The position numbers and the translations under genes were made by a program. Below, piece after piece: positions 19,937 through 28,436 of a stretch of 32,000 bases of DNA (its first letter is position 1; every line of letters starts with the position of its first letter). Below the pieces are notes generated by a model. It had not been told where the DNA came from. It saw only the letters and a program-made list of their open reading frames with translations, and made no database searches. The stretch is taken from assembly GCA_951812855.1 (NCBI GenBank), contig OX638337.1:480001-512000 (forward strand), written 5' to 3'. The stretch comes from an uncultured Lentisphaeria bacterium. GTDB taxonomy: Bacteria; Verrucomicrobiota; Lentisphaeria; JABSQK01; JAJFLO01.

Positions 19937-21556
19937 TTACGACACGCCAGTTAAATCTTTTGCCAGGGCATTCAATTTACCAAGATCAATTTTACCACTT
20001 CCTAACAGCGGAATGGTTTCAACCTCATAAAAATCCATTGGTTTTGGAATCCAAAGGTTAGGGAGTCCCCGATTCCTGAGTTCCGATATGATATCTGTTA
20101 CGGTTATTGTCAGTTTCGTATGAATAACAACTAATTTTTCACCTCGTGCAGCGTCGGGCACAGAGGTAACTGCCAGCCTTGCGTCAGCAGAATTTACGAT
20201 TTCAAAAATAATGTTTTCAACACCGGTATGGGGAACCATTTCACCCGCTATTTTACTAAACCTTGAATACCGTCCTGTTACAAATATATATCCATCATTA
20301 TCGCTTTTAGATATATCCCCTGTATTATACCAGCCGTCACTGATGACGGAATGAGTCAGTTCCGGATTATTTAAATAACCTTTCATAACATTGGGACCAT
20401 GAACCAGCATAAGTCCTTCTTCATTGATTTCCAACTCGTCTTTTGTTTCCGGATCTACAATTTTAATTTTGACACCGGAGAGTGCCCTGCCCACAGATCC
20501 CAATTTCCCACATTTTTTCCCTAAATCTTCTTTCTTTTCCGGTACATTAACCGTTGCCACCGGAGATAATTCTGTAGCACCGAATCCTTCAATGGGATAC
20601 AGATTAAACTTTTCCTGAAATTTTTCTGCAGTAACAGATTGGAGCTTTTCGGCCCCGGCAATGACCAGTCGCAAACTCTTAAACTGTTCCGCTGTACATT
20701 TCTTAATATATCCATTCAGAAACGACGGTGTTGCAAATAATATCGTACACCCATGCTCGGCAATCAATTCACCGATTTTCTTTGACTCAACAGGATTCGG
20801 ATGATAAACAACAGAAATGCCATTGATCAATGGCATTAAAAAATGACCGCAAAATCCAAACGCATGAAAGAATGGGAGATAACCCATTATGACATCATTA
20901 TCATTGATATCCAAAACATCATAAAGTGCTGTCAGGTTTGAAATAATATTCGCGTGCGAAAGTTCAATACCTTTCGGAATCCCGGTTGATCCACTCGAAA
21001 ATAACACAGAAATCGTATTATTTATTGATGCACTGAGTTTCGGGAATAATCGTTTTTTTGCTCTGCCCGGTGTTATCGTTGCAGCAGCAATCAAAGCACA
21101 TAATTTATCAGCTGCCGTGATTGTCTTAACTATATCTTCGAGATATACATATTCTTTTCGATCCGGGAGTTTTGCTTTTTTAACAAAAACTCTGCTGGTT
21201 AAAATCCGACGGATTTTACACTGGTCTATTGCACTTGAAACCGCCTTAAATGATGACGTAAAATTTATATAAACTGGAACCTTATCCGCAAACATTATCG
21301 CTAATCCAGAAACAGCTGAAGGAATCGCTGCCGGCAATATAATTCCAATGTACGATTCATCTCCTTCACTTCTTAACTTACCGGCCAATACATACGCACG
21401 CACCAAAAATTGAAAATTTGATAAAGATGTTCCCTGTGAATCGTTTATTTGCTTTGAAAACAATTTTCCCCGTAACGACAACAGGACCAGTTCGGGTACT
21501 GTTTGATTCTGGGCAATCGTTTGATTTGAAGGATTCTCACTGCTAATATCTGACAT
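19937..21556 (-). CDS. AMP-dependent synthetase/ligase (acyl-CoA or acyl-ACP synthetase, Aas C-terminal-domain-like)
   Basis: 539-aa ORF with the adenylation core motifs FSSGSTGIPKGIELSH, EGFGATE and GWYNTGDISKSDNDGYIFVTGR. Confidence 0.85.
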   Translation of the reverse strand: MSDISSENPSNQTIAQNQTVPELVLLSLRGKLFSKQINDSQGTSLSNFQFLVRAYVLAGKLRSEGDESYIGIILPAAIPSAVSGLAIMFADKVPVYINFTSSFKAVSSAIDQCKIRRILTSRVFVKKAKLPDRKEYVYLEDIVKTITAADKLCALIAAATITPGRAKKRLFPKLSASINNTISVLFSSGSTGIPKGIELSHANIISNLTALYDVLDINDNDVIMGYLPFFHAFGFCGHFLMPLINGISVVYHPNPVESKKIGELIAEHGCTILFATPSFLNGYIKKCTAEQFKSLRLVIAGAEKLQSVTAEKFQEKFNLYPIEGFGATELSPVATVNVPEKKEDLGKKCGKLGSVGRALSGVKIKIVDPETKDELEINEEGLMLVHGPNVMKGYLNNPELTHSVISDGWYNTGDISKSDNDGYIFVTGRYSRFSKIAGEMVPHTGVENIIFEIVNSADARLAVTSVPDAARGEKLVVIHTKLTITVTDIISELRNRGLPNLWIPKPMDFYEVETIPLLGSGKIDLGKLNALAKDLTGVS

Positions 21557-21749
21557 AATTCAATCTGCTTGAGAATTTCGATTTTGTTTTAGATTCAGTT
21601 CGTTTTTTACAAAAATATAACTATAGTTCATTTCCATTTTTGCGTATACTTAATCTACGCAATAAATTTATTTTGTACATACCGACAATTACAAATAATA
21701 ATTTGAGATAAACAACGTCAACGGACCGGTGGCAAAGTGACGTATCTCA

Positions 21750-21840
21750 GTTTAAAATCACATGATTTAAGGCCGCGGTCTTGTCGCGTGATGTTCTTCG
21801 TGCAAACGCGATGACGTTTCTCGATCAAGATCACGATCAC
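21750..21840 (+). pseudogene. Decayed tRNA-Ser-like copy (partial duplicate of the downstream tRNA)
   Basis: 21764-21783 (GATTTAAGGCCGCGGTCTTG) matches 21914-21933 of the intact tRNA (GGTTTAAGGCAGCGGTCTTG) at 18 of 20 positions, exactly 150 nt upstream. The flanks show only weak residual similarity. It has no intact anticodon loop or acceptor stem. Confidence 0.35.
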
Positions 21841-21897
21841 GTGAAAAATCTCTAAAGCCAGGCCGGGGCAAAAATGGCTCAATAATTGTTTAAAATC

Positions 21898-21987
21898 GGA
21901 GGGGTGGTCGAGTGGTTTAAGGCAGCGGTCTTGAAAACCGCCGTGGGTTCACGCCCACCGAGGGTTCGAATCCCTCCCCCTCCGCCA
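21898..21987 (+). tRNA. tRNA-Ser (anticodon UGA), CCA encoded
   Basis: I folded the cloverleaf by hand. The acceptor stem is GGAGGGG/CCCCTCC and the anticodon stem-loop is GCGGT-CTTGAAA-ACCGC. The long variable arm is GTGGG-TTCA-CGCCCAC and the T arm is GAGGG-TTCGAAT-CCCTC, followed by a discriminator G and CCA. It is followed by a weak A/T hairpin (21994-22018) and a T-run (22024-22030). Confidence 0.9.
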
Positions 21988-22029
21988 ATTTACAATTTCA
22001 AAGTTTTTGGTTGAAATTCTAACTTTTTT

Positions 22030-22371
22030 TGAACAGAATCCAGAATCATAAGGTGCCTTTCCGCTTTCCTCCGGCAAACCAAAACCCTCTCAATGTAACA
22101 GAAGCGTCAGACGACGGTAACCCCGGCGACGGCACATTGAAGCATAATCCTTTAATGTCGTCCTTAATAATCCGTCATCTTCAGAATGAGATTTACAGTA
22201 ATAACTGCTTCGATTAAGTGTAAACAGCCCACAACTCCGGCGAATTGACAGATCATACCTGCTGCATGCAGAATCTACCGTTTTCCGTTTCATTATATGT
22301 CCTCTTTTATTACTGTAACTTAATAGTGAGAACTCTCTTTCAAAACGGGCTGGTTTTAAGGGGCAGGGTCA
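22030..22371 (-). mobile_element. IS3-family insertion-sequence remnant (terminal inverted repeat plus truncated, internally deleted transposase fragment)
   Basis: The 67-aa ORF at 22090-22293 reads ...LSIRRSCGLFTLNRSSYYCKSHSEDDGLLRTTLKDYASMCRRRGYRRLTLLL. This is the HTH_21 region at the start of IS3-family OrfB. The minus-strand end sequence TGACCCTGCCCCTTAAAACCAGCCC starting at 22371 looks like an IS3/IS407-type terminal repeat (from memory). The DDE catalytic domain is absent. Confidence 0.65.
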
Positions 22372-22801
22372 CATCGATAAGCCGTTATACAGAATATAAA
22401 ATACTTTTACCATAATGAGTGAAATCCAAAAGCTGGGAAATTAGATTCCACAATGATATAGTAACCGGTATAAATTTAATATATTTTCAGTCTTCTCTGG
22501 ATGCAGCATTAAACAAAGATTCCATGACCAGCTTAATAAATTATATTTTTAGAACCTGAACTCATACGGGATTTATATTATATCATGTATATTCTTTGCT
22601 TTATCTAATTAAAGCCATTATAGGGATTGTAATTTTTGCTATTGTTGCAATTATCGCTGCAATTAAAATTGGTCAGCTGATTGTAAGGCAAATTCTTGCT
22701 ATTGTTGGCATGGGTTTAATCGCTGGAGTTGTCTGGTGGTGTTTTCTACGGTAAACCAACTTATTTTTGGTATATAATCCGAATTTATTAAAACTTTAAT
22801 T

Positions 22802-23986
22802 ATGGAAAATGATATAAATATCGGGATCGATGCAATAAGTTTTTACTCGTCAAATTATTTTATTGACCTGGGGACGATTGCCGAACAAAACGATCTGGAA
22901 CGAGATTATTATTACAAGCGTGTCGGTCAGGAAAAGATGGCCATTCTTCCGCCGGGTGAGGATGTCGTGACCATGGGAGCAAATGCAGCACGTCAGGTGT
23001 TAGAGCAGGCCGATGTTAATATTGAATCAATTTCCGCGTTAATCTTTGCTACTGAATCTGGAATAGACCAGTCAAAGTCTGCGGGGATTTATGTACACCG
23101 GTTAGTCGGTTTGTCTAAGCATTGCCGTGTTTTCGAAATCAAACAGGCATGTTATGGTGCAACAGCAGGTCTGCAAATGGCGTTAAACCAGATCAGACAA
23201 AACCCGGAGGAAAAGGTGTTAATCGTGGCAAGTGACGTTGTGCGGTATGGTATAGGCACTCCCGGAGAACAAACCCAGGGATGTGGAGCCATGGCAATGT
23301 TGATTTCAGCGAATCCACGTATTCTTGCCTTGGATTCCCAATCCGGCTATTACACAGAAGATGCTATGGATTTCTGGCGGCCAAACTATAGAGAAGAGGC
23401 ATTAGTCGATGGAAAATTATCGGTAAGACTGTACATAAAATCTTTATTAGAATGTTGGAATCATTACCGGGATAAGACGAATATAAACCTATCAGAGTTT
23501 CATCATTTCTGTTATCATCTTCCCTTTATTCGAATGGCCGAAATGGCACATTCCAGACTATTCAAGTCTGAAAAAACAAACCTTTCCGGCGGCGAATTAA
23601 AAAATCAATATTCTGATTCTCTTTTCTATAACAGACTCATCGGAAACAGTTATACTGCATCAATGTACATTGCCTTTATTTCGCTATTAGATAATTCAAA
23701 ATCGAATTTGGCAAATAAACAAATCGCATTTTTCAGTTATGGTTCGGGATGTATGGCCGAATTTTTCAGCGGTACAATCCTTCCTGAATATGATCAGGTT
23801 CTGTTAAAAAACATACATCAGAAATTATTAGGTGACAGAACAGAACTCAACTATGATACCTATCTTGAATTCCAAAATTTCAATCTGCCTGAAAACGGTC
23901 AAAAATTTACTGTTCCAAATTTTGATGTTGGATTATATCGCATGACTGAATTAAACTGTCATAAACGAATCTATGATCATGCCTGA
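22802..23986 (+). CDS. mvaS: Hydroxymethylglutaryl-CoA synthase (bacterial MvaS type)
   Basis: 394-aa ORF with the catalytic Cys block FEIKQACYGATAGLQMA, the His block FCYHLPFIRMAEMA and the Asn block GNSYTASMYIAFISLL, as in MvaS/HMGS. Confidence 0.88.
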   Translation: MENDINIGIDAISFYSSNYFIDLGTIAEQNDLERDYYYKRVGQEKMAILPPGEDVVTMGANAARQVLEQADVNIESISALIFATESGIDQSKSAGIYVHRLVGLSKHCRVFEIKQACYGATAGLQMALNQIRQNPEEKVLIVASDVVRYGIGTPGEQTQGCGAMAMLISANPRILALDSQSGYYTEDAMDFWRPNYREEALVDGKLSVRLYIKSLLECWNHYRDKTNINLSEFHHFCYHLPFIRMAEMAHSRLFKSEKTNLSGGELKNQYSDSLFYNRLIGNSYTASMYIAFISLLDNSKSNLANKQIAFFSYGSGCMAEFFSGTILPEYDQVLLKNIHQKLLGDRTELNYDTYLEFQNFNLPENGQKFTVPNFDVGLYRMTELNCHKRIYDHA

Positions 23987-24034
23987 AAATAAGAATCATC
24001 TGTATTCTAAACCATTTTAACAGTTAACTTGATA

Positions 24035-24694
24035 ATGAAAGCCGGACTCGGAGAAAACGTACCCAATTTTGAAATATCTGAATGGGTTCAGGGTGATGCA
24101 ATAAATTTTGACAAAGAACACGGTAACGTCGTCCTCGTAGAAATATTTCAGATCAATTGTCCGGGATGTTTCTTGTACTCCCTTCCGGAAGCGGTATCAA
24201 TTTACAACACCTGCAAGACATCGAAACTCAGTGTCATCGCGATCGCCACTGCATTTGAAGATTTTGATAAGAATACTCTGGAAAATCTAAAACTGTTAGT
24301 GTCAACCGGAGAATTAATCGGTGAAACGAAGAAGGCACTGGCAGAATATCCTGAATTACAAGTTAATAACAGATTAAATTACTCGATCCCTTTTCCTGTC
24401 GCGATGGATGAATTGATTCCATGTTCACTCCAAAGGACACCTGATCAGATTTTACAGACCACAAAAGAATCAGTGCCTGATTTTGATACTCATCCTGAAT
24501 CGATTAAGGCCGATATTCTCAGCCGGGTTAAGATTTATTTAGAAGCTAAAAAATATTCGGCAGTAACGTTTGAACGATTCTCATTGAAGGGAACGCCATC
24601 AACAATTACAGTGGACAGAGATGGCATTCTGCGTGATGTTTCATTTGGCTGTGAACCCGGTAAAATAGATGCGTTAATTAAAACGCTAATTTAG
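24035..24694 (+). CDS. Thioredoxin-fold protein (TlpA/redoxin-like, CPGC active site), apparently cytoplasmic
   Basis: The ORF track starts at TTG 24029, but the ATG at 24035 (MKAGLGENVPNF...) is more plausible. The motif is VLVEIFQINCPGCF, and there is a large insertion relative to a minimal thioredoxin fold. I saw no signal peptide. Confidence 0.72.
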   Translation: MKAGLGENVPNFEISEWVQGDAINFDKEHGNVVLVEIFQINCPGCFLYSLPEAVSIYNTCKTSKLSVIAIATAFEDFDKNTLENLKLLVSTGELIGETKKALAEYPELQVNNRLNYSIPFPVAMDELIPCSLQRTPDQILQTTKESVPDFDTHPESIKADILSRVKIYLEAKKYSAVTFERFSLKGTPSTITVDRDGILRDVSFGCEPGKIDALIKTLI

Positions 24695-24785
24695 ATTTTT
24701 TTACTAATTGCAGCAGTAATTGTCACATGACAGATTGCATAAGTATGTCAGTAGTTGAATAATCTGCAACCTGTATATGCAAAGG

Positions 24786-24814
24786 GCTGCACCCGGGACG
24801 GCCGTGCTGCTTTT
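24786..24814 (+). terminator. Possible rho-independent terminator
   Basis: A GC-rich imperfect hairpin, GCTGCAC-(11 nt)-GTGCTGC (one mismatch), is followed by TTTT. It lies about 90 nt after the thioredoxin-fold gene stop. Confidence 0.35.
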
Positions 24815-24864
24815 GTGCAATCAGAATTATATGTAAAATTATTTAAGGATTAAAGGGGAAAATA

Positions 24865-25362
24865 ATGAATTATATGTTTATGGAAAGTCCTGTCGGCCAA
24901 TTAATGATAGCAGGTGATCACGACGGACTAAAATTTGTATCGTTTTCAACCGGGAAAAAACCAGTTAGTCCCGGTATAAATTGGAAACAATGTACTGATT
25001 ATATTTCAGATGCAATTGACCAGTTAAACGAGTATTTCCGGGGAGAGAGAACTGTTTTTAATTTAAAATTAGCACCGCATGGAACTGAATTTCAGCTTAA
25101 CGTTCTTCGAGCACTTCAGGATATCCCTTACGGGCATACAACATCGTATGGACATATCGCAGCCAAAATCGGTAAACCTAAAGCATTCAGAGCCATTGGT
25201 GCAGCAAATGGTCGAAATCCGATATCCATTATAATACCATGTCATCGTGTTATCGGACATTCAGGAAAGCTTGTTGGTTTTGGCGGCGGGTTAGCGACTA
25301 AAGAAACGTTGTTAACGATGGAACGAACCTATACCAATTCATCACGTTTGAAAAGTGCCTGA
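24865..25362 (+). CDS. ogt: Methylated-DNA--protein-cysteine methyltransferase (Ogt/MGMT)
   Basis: 165-aa ORF with the active site IIPCHRVIG and the helix-turn-helix block TTSYGHIAAKIGKPKAFRAIGAANGRNP. A Shine-Dalgarno sequence (AAGGGG) lies upstream. Confidence 0.9.
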   Translation: MNYMFMESPVGQLMIAGDHDGLKFVSFSTGKKPVSPGINWKQCTDYISDAIDQLNEYFRGERTVFNLKLAPHGTEFQLNVLRALQDIPYGHTTSYGHIAAKIGKPKAFRAIGAANGRNPISIIIPCHRVIGHSGKLVGFGGGLATKETLLTMERTYTNSSRLKSA

Positions 25363-25364
25363 TC

Positions 25365-25523
25365 TTAGCTGCTTCCCTCAATCAGCTCAAAAACCACTCT
25401 TGTTAGTCCGGTAACACTAAACGGTTTGGCCAATACTGCGGTAAATTCATGCTCTTCATACTCAGAAATATCCAGAATGTCTAAATAGCCACTGGATACA
25501 ATTAATTTTACATTTGGATCCAT
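25365..25523 (-). pseudogene. Relic of a response-regulator receiver domain (C-terminal third only)
   Basis: My translation gives MDPNVKLIVSSGYLDILDISEYEEHEFTAVLAKPFSVTGLTRVVFELIEGSS*. This matches the alpha4-beta5-alpha5 pattern (P.VKVI..SGY......G...FL.KPF....L). An in-frame stop lies 6 codons upstream of the ATG, so the phospho-acceptor part is missing. Confidence 0.5.
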
Positions 25524-25671
25524 TTTCAAGAAGCTGAGGAATTAATGCACAAATTAAGTATTTTTTAATCGGGTTATATCCCGGACTGTTATAAATTAGA
25601 CTTAACCGCCAATATAAAAAAAATAGAACGTTAACTTAAATTATAGTCACCCCTTTCTAAAATATGATCCA

Positions 25672-27720
25672 CTAACTCATTCCCATTGCAGTAACAACAT
25701 TAAATGTAATTAGAGATGCAATATAAGCTAATACAGTCATATAGAGAAATTGAAAAACAGCCCAATTGATACTATTGGTTTCACGTTTTGTCACAGCTTG
25801 AGTTGGTAAGCATTGCATTGCCAAAACATAAAATACAAGTAGACTCATACTTGTAGCCATAGTAAATACCGGCTCACCGTTACTGCGTCTTGCTTTTCGC
25901 AATTTTTCATATAATCCTGTAGGATTCTCATCAATGCTGTCCTCACCAACTCCGTAGACTATAGCCAGTGTCGATACGATAACCTCGCGTGCGGCAAAAG
26001 ATGTTATAACACCAATTCCAATCTGCCAGTCAAATCCCAATGGTGCAACGACCGGTTCAATCAGTTTACCCAAACGGCCGGCAACAGAATGAGACAACGC
26101 CTCTCGTTTAATCATGACATTTGCCCGGTGTTCCAATTCGGCTGCGTCTCCCAAATTTCCATCTTCAGCTAACAGCCGGGCCTCAGAAGCCAAAGCCTGT
26201 GCTTCGGGGGAAGGTTCACTCTCAGGAAACGTGGCGATTACCCACAATACGATCGAAATTGCCAAGATGACTGAACCGGCTTGCTGAAGAAACACTCTTG
26301 CCCGATCCCAGACATAGAAATACGCCTCCTTAACTCTCGGAATTCGGTAATCGGGAAGTTCTAATACCAATGGCTTACTTTCTCCAGGCAAAATGGTTTT
26401 TTTGAATATAAACGCGATTCCTATTGCTGAAACAATTCCTAAAAGATAGGCACTCGTGAAAATAATTGCCGCCTTGCCCGGACTGTTGGGAAATAGTAAT
26501 GCCGTAACCATGGCATATACCGGTATGCGAGCTGAACATGTCATTAAAGGAGCAACAAGAATGGTCACTAACCGGTCACGGGGATCCCGAATTACACGCG
26601 TTGCCATAATCGCCGGAATAGCACATGCATGTGCTGATAACAGTGGAACAAATGCTGTGCCCGGCAATCCGACTTTACGCATCAGGCGATCCATTACAAA
26701 TGCAGCTCGAGCTAAATATCCACTGTCTTCCAACATCGCCAGAAAGAAAAATAAAATACAAATTTGCGGGAGAAAGACAAGCATTCCTCCCACACCTCCA
26801 ATGACTCCGTCTACGATTAAACTCTGTAGTCTGCCAGCTGGAATAAAATGGGTTGCCTTTGATCCCATCCAGGCAAACAAAGCATCTATTAGATCCATAG
26901 GGATGTTGGCAATACTGAATATCAGATAAAAAACAGATAACATCACAGCCAGAAAGGTCAGTACGCCTACGACCGGATGGGTCAATACCTTATCAATTTT
27001 TTCAGTTTTCTGTCCCCAGGCAGTTTTTGTTCCGCTGACACATTTAGATGCGATTTGTTCAGACCAGGAATATCTTGCCTGAAATGGACATACGTTACAC
27101 GAATTACACACTGCTTTCGGTTGGTCTAAAACAAATTCAGCCAACATTTCCTTAAACATAATCTCTCTGATTCTGTCAGCTAAATCATCAACTCCTTTAC
27201 CTGTACGGGCATTCGTAATAACAACAGGACATTTCAATTCTTCCTCGAGCTTTAGTCGATCAATGTTCATTCCTTTTTTTATGGCAATATCAACCATATT
27301 CAAAACAACGATCACCGGTAAATCATATTCAAATACCTGACTGATAAGAAACAGACTGCGTTCAATATTCGAGGCATCTGCAATAATAATTGCAACATCA
27401 GGTTTTTTAATACCTTCTTCTTTTCCAAAAATAACATCACACGCTATTTTCTCTTCTGCAGTTACTGCCCGCAAACTATATACGCCAGGCAAATCTAATA
27501 CTTCCACCATCGCCCCATTTAAAGGGAGACGACCGGTTTTCTGTTCGACAGTTGTACCTGGAAAATTTGCGATCCTGGAATTCATCCCCGTAAGTTCATT
27601 AAACAACGATGATTTACCAACATTCGGATTTCCAATCATAACTGCAGAAATCGTCTTTACGGGTGACTCGTTTTTCAGTTCACCCTCTCTATTTTCAATA
27701 TTTACGTCGTAACACGGCAT
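25672..27720 (-). CDS. feoB: Ferrous iron transporter FeoB
   Basis: 682-aa ORF with an N-terminal G domain (GNPNVGKSSLFNELTG, DLPG, NMVD) followed by the polytopic FeoB membrane domain. Confidence 0.95.
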   Translation of the reverse strand: MPCYDVNIENREGELKNESPVKTISAVMIGNPNVGKSSLFNELTGMNSRIANFPGTTVEQKTGRLPLNGAMVEVLDLPGVYSLRAVTAEEKIACDVIFGKEEGIKKPDVAIIIADASNIERSLFLISQVFEYDLPVIVVLNMVDIAIKKGMNIDRLKLEEELKCPVVITNARTGKGVDDLADRIREIMFKEMLAEFVLDQPKAVCNSCNVCPFQARYSWSEQIASKCVSGTKTAWGQKTEKIDKVLTHPVVGVLTFLAVMLSVFYLIFSIANIPMDLIDALFAWMGSKATHFIPAGRLQSLIVDGVIGGVGGMLVFLPQICILFFFLAMLEDSGYLARAAFVMDRLMRKVGLPGTAFVPLLSAHACAIPAIMATRVIRDPRDRLVTILVAPLMTCSARIPVYAMVTALLFPNSPGKAAIIFTSAYLLGIVSAIGIAFIFKKTILPGESKPLVLELPDYRIPRVKEAYFYVWDRARVFLQQAGSVILAISIVLWVIATFPESEPSPEAQALASEARLLAEDGNLGDAAELEHRANVMIKREALSHSVAGRLGKLIEPVVAPLGFDWQIGIGVITSFAAREVIVSTLAIVYGVGEDSIDENPTGLYEKLRKARRSNGEPVFTMATSMSLLVFYVLAMQCLPTQAVTKRETNSINWAVFQFLYMTVLAYIASLITFNVVTAMGMS

Positions 27721-27740
27721 TTAATTATATTCCAGATTGC

Positions 27741-28016
27741 TTACTTCAAATGTTCTGAATCAGAAGAACAGGGTTTCACTAAGATCCGCTCCGCAAGACG
27801 AGCAGAGACTCCGACCCGTGTGCCGTACACCCTGATAATCAGAGGATCACCTCGCTGCACCAGTTCCACAATACGATCACCGCAGACTCCCATTGCCATT
27901 AGCCGATCTATTTCATCATCCGGGGCTGTTATATGACAGACAATCCCACATTGAAGCGGATTAAGCTGATTAAGTGGTATTTGATTTAGTGATTGGTTTT
28001 GAATAGAGTTTCCCAA
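27741..28016 (-). CDS. feoA: FeoA-family small SH3-like protein
   Basis: 91-aa ORF located 20 nt upstream of feoB. It shows the FeoA pattern L..L..G....I......D....RLMAMG...G..V.....G.PL...V.G..V. Confidence 0.85.
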   Translation of the reverse strand: MGNSIQNQSLNQIPLNQLNPLQCGIVCHITAPDDEIDRLMAMGVCGDRIVELVQRGDPLIIRVYGTRVGVSARLAERILVKPCSSDSEHLK

Positions 28017-28252
28017 CTGATCACCCTTCAGATTTAAATTAAATGTACAGAAACAAATAATAACCTACTGATTTAGTATGTTAAATTAATTCATCCTGTT
28101 TTCAAGTCAGTAAAATTGATTTTTATTCAGGGAAAGTGGTCATGCAAGCCATTTTTGATGAATACGAATTTCAAATATGCAAGGGAATTGTTCCGCCAGT
28201 TAACAAATACTAAGCCAAAATTTAAGCAGGAACTCTTAATCACCGAAACCAA

Positions 28253-28381
28253 TTATTTTATGTTCGATACCATCTGATTAAATATAAAATCTAAAACAGG
28301 ATAAAAAATATCACTTCTACAATCAACCCTGTCCGCATCTTCTTCCGATTGTTCAGGTGACATATAGTCCATGGTTCTCAT
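28253..28381 (-). pseudogene. Relic of a Hanks-type Ser/Thr protein kinase (subdomains VIII-IX only)
   Basis: My translation gives MRTMDYMSPEQSEEDADRVDCRSDIFYPVLDFIFNQMVSNIK*. The YMSPEQ and D.RSDI(F/Y) motifs are the canonical activation-segment and subdomain IX motifs. The upstream frame is closed by stops, and no catalytic loop is present. Confidence 0.45.
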
Positions 28382-28436
28382 AATCTTCGATTCCAACTTG
28401 TTTCAATTTTACGAAAAGTTTGGATTGCCGGCGTTA

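Noticed and set aside
21641-21661. The palindrome TGCGTA-N9-TACGCA upstream of the acyl-AMP ligase gene, and several other 5-8-bp inverted repeats in AT-rich spacers
   Set aside because: The arms are short and occur once only. I cannot separate them from chance without comparative data.
21785-21850. Cluster of CACGTG/ATCACG-like motifs (CGCGTGATG, CGCGATGACG, GATCACGATCACGTGA) between the decayed tRNA copy and the tRNA, considered as a small RNA or regulator array
   Set aside because: I could not fold it into a convincing structure. It is more simply explained as the degenerate variable-arm and T-arm remains of the pseudo-tRNA copy.
22596-22754. 52-codon ORF (TTG start) encoding a two-helix hydrophobic peptide (IKAIIGIVIFAIVAIIAA...GMGLIAGVVWWCFLR) upstream of mvaS
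   Set aside because: It has no ATG start and no Shine-Dalgarno sequence. Hydrophobic peptides arise easily from AT/T-rich sequence. It could be a small membrane protein or a relic, but it is unsupported without conservation data.
28017-28140. Fur box or DtxR-type operator upstream of feoA
   Set aside because: Only loose AT-rich similarity is present (for example AAAATTGATTTTTATTC). There is no convincing 19-bp Fur consensus, and no copy of the 1347-1370 palindrome.
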